DNA of 64,000 nt from Owenia fusiformis. Taxonomy: Eukaryota. A model generated the notes under the pieces. It searched no databases. It was not told where the DNA came from and saw only the letters and a list, made by a program, of their open reading frames with translations. Made by a program: the position numbers and the translations under genes. Positions 50,182-64,000 of the stretch are shown here, in pieces (the stretch's first letter is position 1; the number at the start of each line of letters is the position of its first letter). Where the stretch lies: the NCBI GenBank assembly GCA_903813345.2, contig CAIIXF020000001.1:5704001-5768000 (forward strand). The letters are read 5' to 3'.

Positions 50182-53100
50182 TCAATATTTTAACTCGGAA
50201 TGATCTTTGGTTTCTGCATCTGCCCCTGAAAATATAAATTATCAAACAATAGTACCAGGCGACTACTCGAACATAATGTCATGCTGGAAATAGCGCATAT
50301 TTGAAAAATGACATCGCAAAATGTTGGTCATTGGCATCAATTGAGAGGTAATTATAATGCTAAAAGTGATTTTTGGCTTTAGATTTAGAAAATCTGTGAT
50401 GTCATAAATTAAGCCTTTCATAACTTGGCAAAAGACATAAATGAAATCTTCTCCTTGGTCACATTTGCTCCGATTCATCGGCTGGCGCTTGGCCGATTGA
50501 GTATTTTGTTCAAAATTGTATTCAACCAATCTCACCATTAGTGTCATGTGTCTGGCATTGTGTGTCATGTGTCTGGTCTTGTGTGCCATGGGACTCATCT
50601 AGTGTGTCAGAGTTTTCAAATGTTTGATATGTTCTCCTTGATGCCAATTTTAGTGAAATTTCCAGGATACCAGCATTCTGATAAACTGAAACATGAAATA
50701 TTGCAAAAAGAGCACATATATGTAAACAGAAAGGACCAATTAACCTACTTATTATACTCATAGTTGCCATGTATATTGTGTATATATAATTGTTACCAGC
50801 CAACAAGTCGAAATGGACCTATAGTCCTATACATGAACTTATTTTGTTAACTCTTATTCTTAACTAGATAATAGCAATGCCAAAGCGTAGCAAATCCCAT
50901 CGAACAGCCATAACTGCCATTTTTACAACATCCTTCTTCTACTAGTAGCAAAAATTGTAAAATGACACACATAAAAATGGCCACCATCACTAGCTTTGTT
51001 CTGTAGTAGCACATATAAAATTTCAACAAAATCATGCACGTACAAATACATTCTATGTTTATGGGTATTCATATATCAAATGTGAACAAAGTTGCTCAAT
51101 TACTTGTAAAGTTATAGTAAAACGTAAAATAACACAAGTAAAAATGATGGGCGTTTGTTCGTATGTACGGAGACATTCCCTATACCCCTCCGAACTTCAT
51201 TCCATTGAATAATTATTAATTACAGGGTTGCTATGCATATTGCACTGGTGATCCACTCGATTACGCTGGTTACCGAAGCTGATCGTTTCGGTAACAAAAT
51301 GTTGGAACGTCGGAGGTACGATTTTTCTTTTTCCCTATTTCACGCATTGTAGGCAGAATCCCCACAACGTTTTTCTCACAAACGTGTATCAGTATCATAT
51401 GTTTTAGAAAATGTACATGTTTGCGAAAAAATACCTCAGAAGACAACAGAATCGTCGATTTAATTCCTCACTCAAGTTACAGAAACGGTTTGGGTTAAAA
51501 GTGCAGATCTTAACTGTTTTTCGAAATACCGTTTCTGTAACTGAAGTGAGGAATTAAATTGACGATTCTGTTGTCAACCAACCCATGTGAGGTGACATAA
51601 TAAATGTTAAAGCCCAAGTACCTTAATGTATAAATAGTATTTTTTTGTTATTACATTCATGCAATTATGAAAGCCCAAGTACCTTAATAAGCACTAAAGT
51701 AGAGTCATTACATCAAGAATGACAAAGCATCAAGTTTCTGTTACGTTCTCCGATACACCAAAATTCCCTCAAACTGAAAGCATAGTCATTATTTACAGTA
51801 GTTCAATACAATCATGCAGCATCTACTTTCTACATTAGATATAATAAAAAGATTGAACTATTAAAGTGTCAGCTTGACTCATGTGAGATCATAGAACTCA
51901 AAATTCATGCGTCATGGAAGAGTCAAAATTCATACGTGATTATAGAAGAGTCAAAAGTTACTCCACATTCATTATCATTGGAGAGTCAAAACATATATGT
52001 GATCAATTGGAGACTCCAGTCTGATTTCAGAAAAGTTAAAACTTATGAAATAGTTAAAACTTTGTGATTTATTGAAAAGTCAAAATATTTAGAAAGATTT
52101 AAAAGAAAAAAACAACACTAAATCACAACATTATCGATTTTTATACAACGTATAACTATAACGAAAAATAATATCTTTATGAGTGTAGGGTACCTTTTTC
52201 TTTGAGTCCTTTGTCAAAGTCTCTATATGTAATTACACTTGTTGCATTCAGAGCGACCCGGGTAAGGAGGGCAAAACATCCAAATGCATTTACTACCCCC
52301 GTAAGGTGGCTATCAGGGATAGATAAATCATAATCAAACTGAGCCTGAAAACAAGAAAAAAAAACTTAATAACAGCAACACCAAGGCTTAGCACATCGCA
52401 TCAAACAGCGATAAAAATACTGTAGATTGGGTTAATTTGGCGATACTTAATTTGGCGATTTTGCCATATTTGGCATATTGGCGGCTATTTAATTTGGCGG
52501 ATTGCAAAAAGAAATTTTTTTTTTAAGGACCACTGGCGATATTCACCACGTTTGTACATTTTTGTGAGATCATCCTTTACATTTTGTACCTCGATCTATG
52601 CTGCTACCATACTGCCTGAGTATTAATGAGTGACTGACCAGTTCTGAGCCAATTTATGAGAGACATTTTTCATATTTTTGGAAAAAGCTAAACCGGAAGT
52701 GACCTAAATACACTGGACCAAATACCCTAGATAATTCCCGGGGATTCATTCTAAATTGCTCCTATTAATTTTTTTTATGTAAATCATTTTATTAAACCTA
52801 CAAATCCAACAAATTGTCTTAAGAAAGTGTGGTATCCATATTTCATATTTAATTAGAAACCCTTGTCCTCCACTGAACAAACATGTAAAATTGGCCAAAT
52901 AGAAGTTATGTTGCAATTATCTTATAATTTCATATTCTGCCTGTACCTATTCATCAAAACTTTCACCCAATGATGTCATCGATTGCAATTCACTCATACA
53001 ACCAAACCAAAAAAAAAAAAAAAAAATACAACCAATCAGTGCAGAGAAAATTATTGATTTTATATGCTCCGTGGAAGGGTAATTGATTTGGAAGACAAGC

Positions 53101-56100
53101 ACACATTTCTTATTAAGTCTTACCTCTCTAATTTTGTAGATGACATATGCTGGCTGGATTATGGCTGTGCCCCAGAATATCCACATTAACTGAGACTTCT
53201 CTAAACGACTCTGAAAATAATGTGAAATTATTGTATGTTGTATATTGTGAGACAGGAGGCACATTCAATTCGATGTTTTCAATTCAATTTATGTATTTTA
53301 AGTTCAATGTAAACAATCAATTATTGATTTTTTCAATGTCTCTGTATTCAGAACTTACTGCTAGATAGGCAAGGAGAGTCCATCCTATAACAAAAACAAT
53401 CCCTATGCCAAGCACGAGCTGTTCTTTAGTGCTTATAGCCCTACCATGCCTCAAAGTAAGAATCAACATTGTCACCTGAAATAAAAATTGAGAAAATGTG
53501 AAGAGAGTAAGATATATGTTTGTCTAATAAAATTATCACTGTTGATTTTAAAAATAGTACCATGGGTACTGGGCTCACATGGTGTTGCTCAGAAAGAGAA
53601 AAGTGAATGATGGCTAAAATGGCAGACAATAAAAAAAGCAGATATAAATTTTTGCCAATTCTTTTACAAAATTATCCCATTAAACTACTCTTTACAGTGA
53701 CATGTGTTTTTACAATACAGGACACCTGAAATAAGCAGGGTCCACTTATTTGTTGCCATGGTAACATTTCAAGTCAATGTGACTGCATTCTTAAGTTACA
53801 GTAGGTAAGAAATGTGAGAAATTTATTAGTGTCACTATGTATCAAGAACTTCACATGAAGGGTAAAAAAAGTTACATGCATCTAAAATGTCCAAAAGCCT
53901 CCTGAGCACTCTTGATTAATGACAAGGAATTAAATAAATTATAAACCCCAAACAATTTTACGTGGAACATATACTCACAGATAAATGGAAATCTAGTTTT
54001 AATGTTGCTAAATAAAGCTGTCTGTTTTTACAGATGACTTTCAGGTTGTCATTGTGTCCCACAAGTCTCAAGACAGAGTTCTCTGATATGGCATAATCGC
54101 TGAAAATATAAATTATGGCCTTAATCATGCTTTTCAGTCTAAAGGTACTTGCCATTTGTTTCTGGCACAAACTGAAGTAAGACTCTCCCAATCTCTAATG
54201 TTCTGTTATGTTGAGTCTGATACATGTACGTAAAGCCACTTACAGTACTTTACTTGTTTAGATACAGCCCTATATATGCCTAGAGACAGAACTTACCCGC
54301 CAAGATCGCGGGGAATTTTATTATATATATTATATGTATTCCATACCTGCTGAGGTTCTAGGTACATAACGAGCGCGAATATATAGTGTATCTATGGAGC
54401 GATCGCCAAGGTTCGAGACTGGGATGGATACAAGACGGAAGTGTCCATCCCAGTCCCGCTTGTGAAAGGTGAACTCAATTTACATTTTACTCCATTCGCA
54501 AAACAGAGATTGTATTTCAAACTTATGCTGCATATTTTAACTTTTTAGTATCAATTTATTAATCCGCTCCAGCAATATATGAATTTAAAAATTACACAAA
54601 TTTAAAAACTACTTTTTAAGACTAAGAAAGGAGGAGGGAAATTAAACAGGTGCATATGTTAGGCGAATGCATTACCTCCAGGAAAATCACTTCTAGAGAT
54701 GATAAAATAATTTCGACTTTGAGACAGGGTAGATGCAAACAACCCACCCACATGTTTTTTCTGAAATATTTTCCTGATTTTCAACCCCTTCCATCCCTGC
54801 TTTTTTAATTTTTCTTGCATCAATATGTTGCGTTTTGACACACAGTGAATCCCTTAAAAGGAATAAATGATTCCTCTTAGATAAAGTGGAAAACAATATT
54901 TCCCATGTTATTTTCCCATAGGGAAAAATAATTGCTTTCAGCTAAATCTGGTCACCCATAATGGGTATCTTTAAAACCCCTGAAGGAATCACTTATTCCT
55001 TTAAAGTGGTCAATTATGTGTCAAAACACAACATATTGATGCATGAAAAATTAAAAAAGCAGGGATGGAAGGGGTAGAAAATTAGGAAAACATTTCAGAA
55101 AAAACATGTGGGTGGGTTGTTTGCATCTACCCTGTCTCAAAGTCGAAATTATCTTTAGAAGTGATTTTCCTAGAGGTAATGCATTGGCCTAACATATGCA
55201 ATTGTTTAAATCCTCAGAAAATGGCCAAAATCCAACATATGACTGTCCAAAATCTGTTGCGCTAATTTCCCTCCTCCTTTGGGCCCAAAATTTTTTTTCT
55301 TAAATTTGCTTAAATATAGCCCATTACCTGCCTAGATACATACTGCATGGCACCAGAAATACACCAGCTGCCCCAAGTCCAACAATTCTCACCTGAAAAT
55401 AGATAAGGTAAGATAGAGAGCAGAGACATAGAGAAAAAAATTAGAGGTTCCATGCAAAGTTTGAAAATATGGTTTAACCATTCAAATACTACTTTTCAGG
55501 ACTTGAAAAACTATTTGAGACTCTTTTGAAAATTTTGACTTCCGAAAAAAAGTTCTTAATCTTATAATTTTCAAATATTTGAATTTCCCGTCATTTTACA
55601 AACAAAAATTTAGTCTTTTTAGATCATCAAATTCAACAATTAACACTGTAACCACATTATTTCTCTACTCCATTGAACAGATCAGCAAAAGTCATATCAT
55701 TTCAACCATTCAATCAATGATTTCATGCATAACTTTTAAAGCCCAAAAACACAGAGTGTATGTCAAATAGATATGTTATGGATAAACAAAATTTCAAACA
55801 GTACTCCTCTTTTTTTGGTTAGAAATGAAAAAGTGTAAACTGTTTACCAATAAACATCTTTGAAACAAATATGAAGAAGATCCATCTATTAGTATTCTAG
55901 TTATTTTCTGGACAGATGGACATACAGATGGACAGAGGGTTTCATTATATTTGTTGTATTTACAGAACACAAGATTTGCATTAATCTATTGATGCTGAAA
56001 TTGCCGGTTGTTATGAATTTTGGGAATATATGGGGTCTGAACCAAAAAGTGATGAAAATGAACAATTTGGCAGATTGCTTTTTAGAAAGTTTTATAATTT

Positions 56101-57483
56101 TGTTGAGTAAGATATGTCTTTTAAAAAGCGCGATAGTAGAGCTTTCCTACAGTTTGCATCAAGTTTAAAGTTGTTTTGTTTGATTTTTGTATTTTGCCTA
56201 ATTAAATATATTCCACCACATGGAAAAACTGTTAAATAATTAAATAGCCGATTATTGACTATTTCAACATTATTTCAAATGAAAGAGGTAATATTAATAT
56301 TTCTGTTTTTCATTTTAAGTAACCCAATAACTATTTTGATTAATGAATTATAAGTTAACTAAAGAAATAACATTTTGCTAAGTGAAAATGCTTTTACCTT
56401 TACCTATAGTTGTGTAAAATGGAAACTACATGTATATAGGTCAGTTCAAATGGACTTTTGATAGGATCTCAGAGATTTCTTCTACTTTCATGGGTGAGAA
56501 GGTTCTATAAAGAAACAACCTTATTGTTTTCTAAAAACATGTGAGCAGTGACAAGATTTTTAAACATCTCCAATATGTAGCCCCCACATAGAGAACGCCA
56601 TGACTGAGCAAAGCGAACGAGCTTTGAGGGGGGTTTGGTTTGGTTTCTTTCCCCCAAACAAATTTGAAAATGAGATTGCATTTGAAGCGTTCTGGGGCAT
56701 TTTAAAATACGAAATTTTGGGTAATATTTGATTAATGAAATGTAAATTATTGGCCATTTTTTCAGAAAATCCAGTATTTTTAAAGTGTGGGGCAATTCAA
56801 TATAAAAAAATCAACTTTTCTCTGAGAGTACGCCATGGCGTTTTATGCATATATGACACTACGCCATTGGGATGATTCATATATGGTCACTTACCCACTT
56901 AGCAGGTGTTGTCCATTCAGTCATCCCAACACTAACCATTAATTGTAGAACAACTTCAGCCAAGCAATACAGGAATATGTCATAGTGTAACTCTTTCAAA
57001 GTCCCATAATTTTGATAAAAAGTGCAGAAACCTGTAAATAGAAAATAAAAGAAATATTAGATAAAAACAAGAAACACTGCTGAATTTTCACTGACAGGGG
57101 TCATTGTGATAACAAGTGTAAAACACTGAAAAAGTGTCCCATTTTTGCCCAGGTCTCCCCTACCTTGTCTGAAAACAAACATGCAACCAACTGGATTATG
57201 ATAAACTTGAAGAATAAAATAATAGTGCAATAAGAACTGTGAATAACCAAACTTATGGAATAAAAAAAAACTGAACCAAGCCAAACATTTTGAAATTGTG
57301 ACCTCAAATAAGTAGATGTTTATAAATACCTGCCATGGTGAGTACAAGCAACTCAACAGTGAAGTCATCTTCTATACTAATGGCAAGCTGGTACACACAC
57401 ACTACCATAACCAGAACAGCTTGTAACAATCCAATGACCATATACAAAACCTCTTTCTTGCTCAAATCATTCAGATGACGTAT
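50182..57483 (-). CDS. Uncharacterised multipass membrane protein, 5' end unresolved
   Basis: Phase-compatible exons complement(57330..57483,56895..57031,55328..55392,53979..54099,53359..53475,53124..53210,52194..52344,50536..50685,50182..50225). About 7 hydrophobic segments. Motifs LRLVG, TLKLDFHL, QPAYVIYK and DFDKGLKEK recall the LLKFD and NFGKGLK motifs of UPF0658-like proteins (from memory). Without the last intron the CDS ends at 50522. Confidence 0.8.
50862..51212 (-). mobile_element. Shorter copy of the same Helentron-like family
   Basis: Reverse complement has both ends: gaagttcggagggg…tatagggaa and gttcgatgggatttgctacgctttggcattgc…CTAG|TT. Confidence 0.75.
54627..55281. mobile_element. 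Foldback element; partial copy at about 10768-11240
   Basis: tgcatatgttaggcgaatgcattacctc… / …gaggtaatgcattggcctaacatatgca; explains the near-identical spurious ORFs at 10857 and 54659. Confidence 0.8.
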
Positions 57484-59061
57484 CTATAATAACAAAAACA
57501 CAGATGTACATTGTACATGTATGAACATGTAGAAGATCTTTTATCGCAGAACATAACCGTCGCCATGGTTTATTACAGGAGTGGGAGTTCACTTTTTAGG
57601 AACAACCTTGAAAGGGATCCTTGGTACACATGGGGCATCTTTTTAAATATTTGGTATGGCAATTCAGCCAAATTTTAGGATCCAGTATGAGAATGCACAG
57701 AAATATATGCTTCTGAGGTATGATTTATTTCTGGTATGAGAATGGTCATGAAAGATATGTTACCTCACACTTGGGGTATTATGGCATTGGTACTGTGCAG
57801 AAAGTACTTACACATGTCCTTAATTGTTGGTTTTGATAGTTTCGTCCTTGTTTGGACCATGAGCTTTCAATTAGAAAGCCCATGTTTAGACCAATCATAG
57901 GCTTGAATCAAGCTATTGGTCTTATGATTAGACACCTGGCATGGTACATGTATATTGGTCCAAGGATCAAGGGCTCGAGAAATTAATTTCAGTGCAAAAG
58001 TGGCCACTGGAGCATGTTTTTTAAAGTGCTGTAACATTGTGACTATCAGTCTGATGGTCATGAAATATAGTAGGCTGGTAGGAAATTGAATGATGTACAA
58101 ATGTGTAAAATATCAGGGACAAAAGGAGTGTAACTACATACTGAATACTGAATCTGTAAAACAATACCATAATTGTGATCTACTTCAAAATTGAGTATAG
58201 TATATCCATACATTGAAGAGATCAGAAAATTTCACAAGGCCCGAATCGGAAAAACGTTAATAGGGAGGGGGGTACAAAATATTTTGAGGAAAATGTGTAA
58301 CATATACAGTATCCGCGTGAAAAGTCGGAATTGAACGAAAATCATTCGTTTTTTCAGAGTTAGTTTTTTTCGGCATTCATTTTTTGCTGTATTGGCGATC
58401 ACTTTATTGAAGATTTTCTACAGAAATCATGCAAAAATCAGGTACATGTAATGCCCATTTGCGTGTTGCGGTGTTCGCTGGTTGGCATACGGCATCTGTA
58501 AAAAATAGCAGGTAAAATAGCAGGTTATATTTTGTATAGTCGTGTTTGCCTAACTAACCCTACACTACTATCTGCACATAGAGAGATACATGTACATCAT
58601 TCCCACAGATTTGGTTATCATTGAATGCAGATTGAGATTTTAGAAAATTTGAACCTGCGAATCATTAGATGATGAGATATCAACAACGACCAATGGGATT
58701 CAGACTATTGCGATTCAGACGGTTGGGATTCGGACAATTGGTATTCGGACCAATGTGTTATGATGTGTCCTAGAAAAACTAAAATAAGAACATTGTGGGT
58801 GATAATAGACAAATCAAGAAATCTCCTATGGCAGCGTATACCGCTACACTAGCCGTATAGAATTTCCATATCATCAGTGATTAAGCCAGTGTGTTTGCCA
58901 TCTGATACCTCTGCAGTAGGAATCTTGGAAGAGTGTAGCTACTAACATTGATAAGGCATAAACATGAATACTTAACTGTTAAAATGTCTAATGGATAAAC
59001 ATAGAAACGTCTTGTGTTAATTGAATGTAAAGCTGTGTATAATGCTACATTTTCTAGTCAC

Positions 59062-59569
59062 TAGTACCCCACACAAGTTTTCGATAATAACTTTAACCCT
59101 TGATTTGAACACTCGAGATCTACTATTTGTTATTGAATTTAGCACACATGAACTCGAGGCAATTTCCACATTGGAATTTATTTTTATTTTACTTCAATAA
59201 CAATAAAAAAAGCAACTGAACCAAGGATGTCATTAATCCTTTTTAACAAATTTGATGTCATAAAATCAAAATTAAGAATTGTTAAAGTATAAGTCTTTAT
59301 GGTCTTTTTGAATAGTCTATTGGTAGTCTGTATATAGACAGCTAAGCTTTGTCTATCAACAAAGCTTTATTTATGAAATATACTTGCCCTTGATATCTAG
59401 TTGTCCCGGTCATAAATGTACTACAATTTCAACATCATATTCATTGAAACAATGTAACGATGGTAATATGTGTAGCATATGGCTAGATTTAATTTAAATA
59501 GTAGGCTTATAGGGGAGAATGTTCAAATCATGGGTCAAAGTTATTATCAAAAACTTGTGTGGGGTACTA
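59062..59569. mobile_element. MITE-like inverted repeat element
   Basis: tagtaccccacacaagttttcgataataacttt / aaagttattatcaaaaacttgtgtggggtacta. Confidence 0.7.
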
Positions 59570-60338
59570 TAATACTGATCCTACAGTAAACTCACACTCT
59601 ATGTACAGTACTTGTAAAATGTCTAAATATGACAAAAAATTTGCAACCGAAAAGGATATAAAGATCACAACAAAAGTTTGCAAAGATAACTATCCCGTAT
59701 ATTCTAATCAACCCCTACTGAAATCAAATTTGTCACTCAAAATAGATTAAAAAAACGGTTGGAAATATTTGAGATAGCAGCATTCTTTCACAGTACTCTA
59801 CATTAAAATTACTGATAGATCCAAGGCTTTAGATGGATTCGATAAATAGTACTATTAAATGATAAAGTTTGCTTCATTTAAAATGTAAAGTGTAACGTAT
59901 TCTCTTAAAAGCAGTTTGGTTTCTTCTATTACTGTAAACTCTTTATATTAGCTTAATCTTTCAGAAATAAATCAACAAAATCTCATCCTTTTAAATAATC
60001 TAACGATGATTTTTTAACAGTATGCATTCTATTTATTTATAATTTGTCAAAAGACTAACGGGAAATAAGATAAATAACATGATTATCTCAAAAACCTAAA
60101 AGATGAGAAATGAAATATATTTCCCTGTGTACAGTAACACAGATCTGAGTTCTACCAAAACCCTAATTCTGCTTTGAGAAGCAACTTCAGCAACTTGCTG
60201 GAATATGAGACCACATTAATGTTTGCGTTGACAGCTTAATGGGCCTAGATAGGGATTTAACATGCAGCATAGTTATACTGGTAGCGGTATACGCGTTTCT
60301 TGATTTGCCATCGAAATTTATCAATCAAATTTACTTAC

Positions 60339-60386
60339 TTCACCTTCTTTCACATTGCTCTCAAAAAATTCATTGCTATCATCCAT
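60339..60386 (-). CDS. Possible first coding exon of the membrane-protein gene (MDDSNEFFESNVKEGE)
   Basis: ATG followed by a phase-0 donor GAA|gtaagt, compatible with the phase-0 acceptor at 57483; intervening exons not excluded. Confidence 0.4.
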
Positions 60387-60626
60387 TATGCTGCTTGACG
60401 CAGAGATAATGTCAACGTCGGTACTAAATCTTTTTATTATTATTACATCATGATAATAGCTTGAGCTTGATCTAGATCTAGTCTGTATGCTTTTTACACT
60501 TTTTATTTTCAATGACTTTCTACACTGTACGAAAAGTATGACAAAAACAAAAGCGGGAACAAAAGTTAGAGGGGCCTTTCCCGGGGGGCCTTATTTCTAA
60601 TCTAACATATCTTGTGTGCTTTCGAC

Positions 60627-60699
60627 CATAGGCCAAGGGAAAAGTAATAGTAAGCTGTATATATACCACGGCTTACTATTACTTTACCCTTGGCCTATG
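60627..60699. mobile_element. 73-bp hairpin micro-MITE with 8-bp TSD (hAT-like)
   Basis: CTTTCGAC at 60619-60626 and 60700-60707 flanks cataggccaaggg…cccttggcctatg. Confidence 0.8.
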
Positions 60700-62699
60700 C
60701 TTTCGACTAATCTGTGAACCCGATATAATCAGCCGGATTAGCTTAGACTAAACTTGTTGAACTACCCGAAAACCCCAAGGATGGGAAAAATTGGGTCCTA
60801 ATAAATTTTGCCGAGCAAATAAAGGCCTCAAGGCCCAAAAAGTGGGCCTTTTTGATCATTACTGTGCCTTTTAAGCCCTTATTTTTTAATTTCAGGCCAT
60901 ATTTTGAAGAAAATTGGCCTCAAAATTTCAAAATTTGGGCCCACTTTGGGGTTTTGGGCTTTTTTCTCTCACCTGAAATTTGCCCACCCCCCTTGTTGGC
61001 TCCCAGATCCGCCCGGCTGGGGGCAGTTCTACCATTGCGGTAACAAGTATAATACTTACATCCATGGTTCTCATGGTTCTAGTTCTTGCAGAATAAGCTT
61101 ACAGTTACACCTACAAGTACATGTACATGTAGGCCTAGGTGTTCCTAGTTGTGCCTATTTAGCCTACTTTTACGGCCTCAAGTTACCGTCCTCGCATTAC
61201 TTAAAGGCCCCCGGTAAAGGCCCCTAAAGTTTGAAAATATGTTTTTATCATACTTTTACTATTTTTCATGACTCTAAAAATTATTTTAACAGCGATTTTT
61301 GAAAAAAATGAAGGGAAAAAAGTTGTCTGATTTTTATTTTTCAAATGTTCACATTTCCCGCCATTTTTAAATAAAAGTTGAACTTTTTGAAATAATTAGC
61401 TTTTAACATGGGCTTTTAAACCAGTTGAAAGCCCATGCTTTTTAACACCACTGCGAAGATTAAACAAAGGATGTACTATTTGAATAATAAAATGTCATAC
61501 CTAATGTGCAACTTAAATGTTTTAGCATATTAAAAAACGTTTGCAATCTCAATTTGATTGTCTTACTAGGTGGAAAAGAATAATAATTGTGCTTTAGATA
61601 TATTGTACCACTGGTTTCTATGAGAACTAGAATCAAGTTTTGAAAAGGACTTTCATTCATAGATGAGTTCATTTCTCGCTTATTTATCAACCGATTTTCT
61701 TAATTTTTTCTACAAAAGACACGCTAGGATGAATGCTATGCATTGATATGAATTATCGCTTATTAAAACATGTGTGAGCTCTAAAATTTAGTTGAAATAA
61801 ATTCATGATTTTTCGAACAAAAAGTCTTTCACTTTTTGAAATTTAAAAAACGAAAGTTTCATACTTTTGAAAACACGGATCAGACTACAATATAAGCCAA
61901 AGTGGTTTCAACTTTATATAGAAATAAGCAGGGACGTTTATTGGAATCTTGTTTTCTAGCTTTAAAAATTAACAGAAAAAACTATTGAATCACAAATTCA
62001 TTTTGGATAGAGGCATTCTGTTTGCAACATATTGCTGTTTTGTGGATGAATTTTTTTCTATTGCAAATTAAAGCAAAAATGCTCATTTCTAATGCATTGA
62101 CCGTAGTATTCATTTTTGATGGGACTCGAGCCTTTTGAAGCCCTTTGAAGCCGTCAAATCTGTGATGCACTCTGCCCTGTTTCAAAAATAATGCAACTCT
62201 AGCATGAAACTAAAGTTTAAAATAAAGGCAAATGAGTTAATTGTTTGAACATTTGAAACGGAGACATTTCAGGGTTTCGGTTAAGCACTGCCTTAGAAAT
62301 CCAGTTCAACAGTCTGAGTCTAACAGAGGTGTGCCAAAAGGCAACAAGGCCATCAGAGGAACGTTTGGCTAACATCTTCTTTGTCAGACTCTATTTTCTT
62401 GAAATGTTCGGACATGCCTATTTCAGCATTTAGAAATGTGAATCAGTTTAAAGTTTCCATAAGAGGAAGCCCACTTATACAATGCGTATCAAAAAAAATC
62501 GACACCGTGGCACTTAGGCGACAGGGGAACTGTGTATTGGAAGCTTGGTGCAGAAGAGGTGGTTTAAAAATCACTAAGGAGCGCATTTTACATGCATTTG
62601 TATTGTAATTGTAAATAGACTTTGTGTACAATTCGATATATTGTAAGTATTTCCGGAGATGACCAATCAAGGTGCAGTTTTTTTTCATAAAGACATTAA

Positions 62700-63301
62700 A
62701 GGAATATTCCTTGCCAAACCATCTCTCTCCTCATATGGTAGCTATAACCATATGTATGCTTGCCATGTTTAGCAAAACATGCAAAAATGTTTTGATATGG
62801 TCAAATTTGATCACTTAGAAATGTGATGCTCAATTCCAGTAAGCTGCCATCTTTTAAAATTTCACACAGGAAGTGATGTCATCGACTCTCAACTTTGCAT
62901 ATAGAATTAGGTGAGGAGCTATTAAGAATTACAAAACCAGCTAAATATTCTTTTTCAACTTTGTATCTTATTTAATCCTTCTGAAAGTCTCTTCTTTTAT
63001 TCTAAGTTGACAAGCCCTGAAAATATTTTTGCACAGAAAGTAATGATCACTTGTCTAGAAGTAATTTTGTGCTACTTTCCCATACTGTTATGGGCAAGGT
63101 TATAGAAGTTGAGAGTTGATGACATCACTTCCTGCAAGAAATCTTAAAAGATGGCAGCTCACTGGAAATAAGCACTAGATTTTTAAATGATCAATATTGA
63201 CCATATTAAAACATTTTCCCATGTTTTGCTAAATATGGAAACTATATATATGATTATAGCTACCATATCAAGAGAGTAAGGGTCTGGCAAGGAATATTCC
63301 T
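62700..63301. mobile_element. Kolobok-like foldback MITE
   Basis: TTAA|aggaatattccttgcca … tggcaaggaatattcct|TTAA with ~200-bp inverted arms. Confidence 0.8.
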
Positions 63302-64000
63302 TTAAGAAAACTTCATAAATTATTTTTTAACTCATATGTTTCGTTATTCCAAAATAAATTAACTTCTCCATGCAACATGTGCAATGGGTACTTATAACAT
63401 TTGCGGATGACCTACACTTCTGTTTGAAGTCAAATAATGCTAGGCTTAAAAGTTATTGAAAACGGCGCTAGAGTAGGCCTAAAAACTGCTCCATCAAGCT
63501 GGACAAAAAAGTAAACATAAACATTTTCTATAAAAAGTAAAAAGACCCAATACATCTAGATCTCTGTGAAGTTTTCTTAGTGTTTTTATGAAAAATAGTA
63601 TGCTCTATCAAGCTGGACAAAATTTTCGATGGCAACTTCATTTCCTATACCTCTAAATCTTTTCCTCAATTACAATAGGTCGAAAATTGACGACTTTGAT
63701 GAATTTTTGAAAATCGTCATTCCAATGTATACCAATGGGAAATGGTGGGTTCGGGGCAAATCAGAATTCAGGATATCTATTCAAGAAAACATCTATCAAA
63801 AATTATTTTCATATAAAAAAATTAAATTTTCTAACTTTTTTCATGCTAAGTGTTAAGATAAATGTGTGAACATTAAAGTTACAGGGCTACAAAGTCAATT
63901 ATGGAAATCATTTTTCACATCCTTTGTTATTTCTATGGGAGAGGTTTCTTGAAAATTATTTTGACTTCTTGGAGACCTATAACTTTTTTAAACCAGAAGA

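Noticed and set aside
57600-60200. Several possible small 5' exons for the membrane-protein gene
   Set aside because: Weak splice sites or incompatible phases; cannot be chosen without transcript data

Overview
AT-rich, intron-containing animal (invertebrate, possibly lophotrochozoan) genomic DNA, not prokaryotic. Most ORFs in the supplied track are spurious; the genes below were assembled by hand from splice sites and intron phases. Left to right: (1) a candidate 66-aa two-exon microprotein gene (+, 4552-6331); (2) an intronless FRA10AC1 CDS (-, 12003-12887) starting only 65 nt after the stop codon of (3) a four-exon PET100 gene (-, 12953-19492) and apparently in the same terminal exon, i.e. 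a candidate PET100-FRA10AC1 bicistronic unit; (4) an 18-exon NOP2/NSUN1 rRNA m5C methyltransferase gene (+, 20099-47373), head-to-head with PET100, carrying a U12-type intron and two tandem arrays that duplicate its own splice sites; (5,6) two antisense genes nested in the 13.4-kb NOP2 intron 14, encoding related secreted Cys-rich, chitin-binding-like proteins (437 aa and 94 aa); (7) an uncharacterised multipass membrane protein gene (-, about 50182 to at least 57483). Introns and intergenic DNA are crowded with short non-autonomous DNA transposons (TTAA, TAA, TA, 8-bp and 9-bp TSD types), Helentron-like elements and a LINE RT relic. Family assignments rest on my recall of protein motifs; no searches were run.
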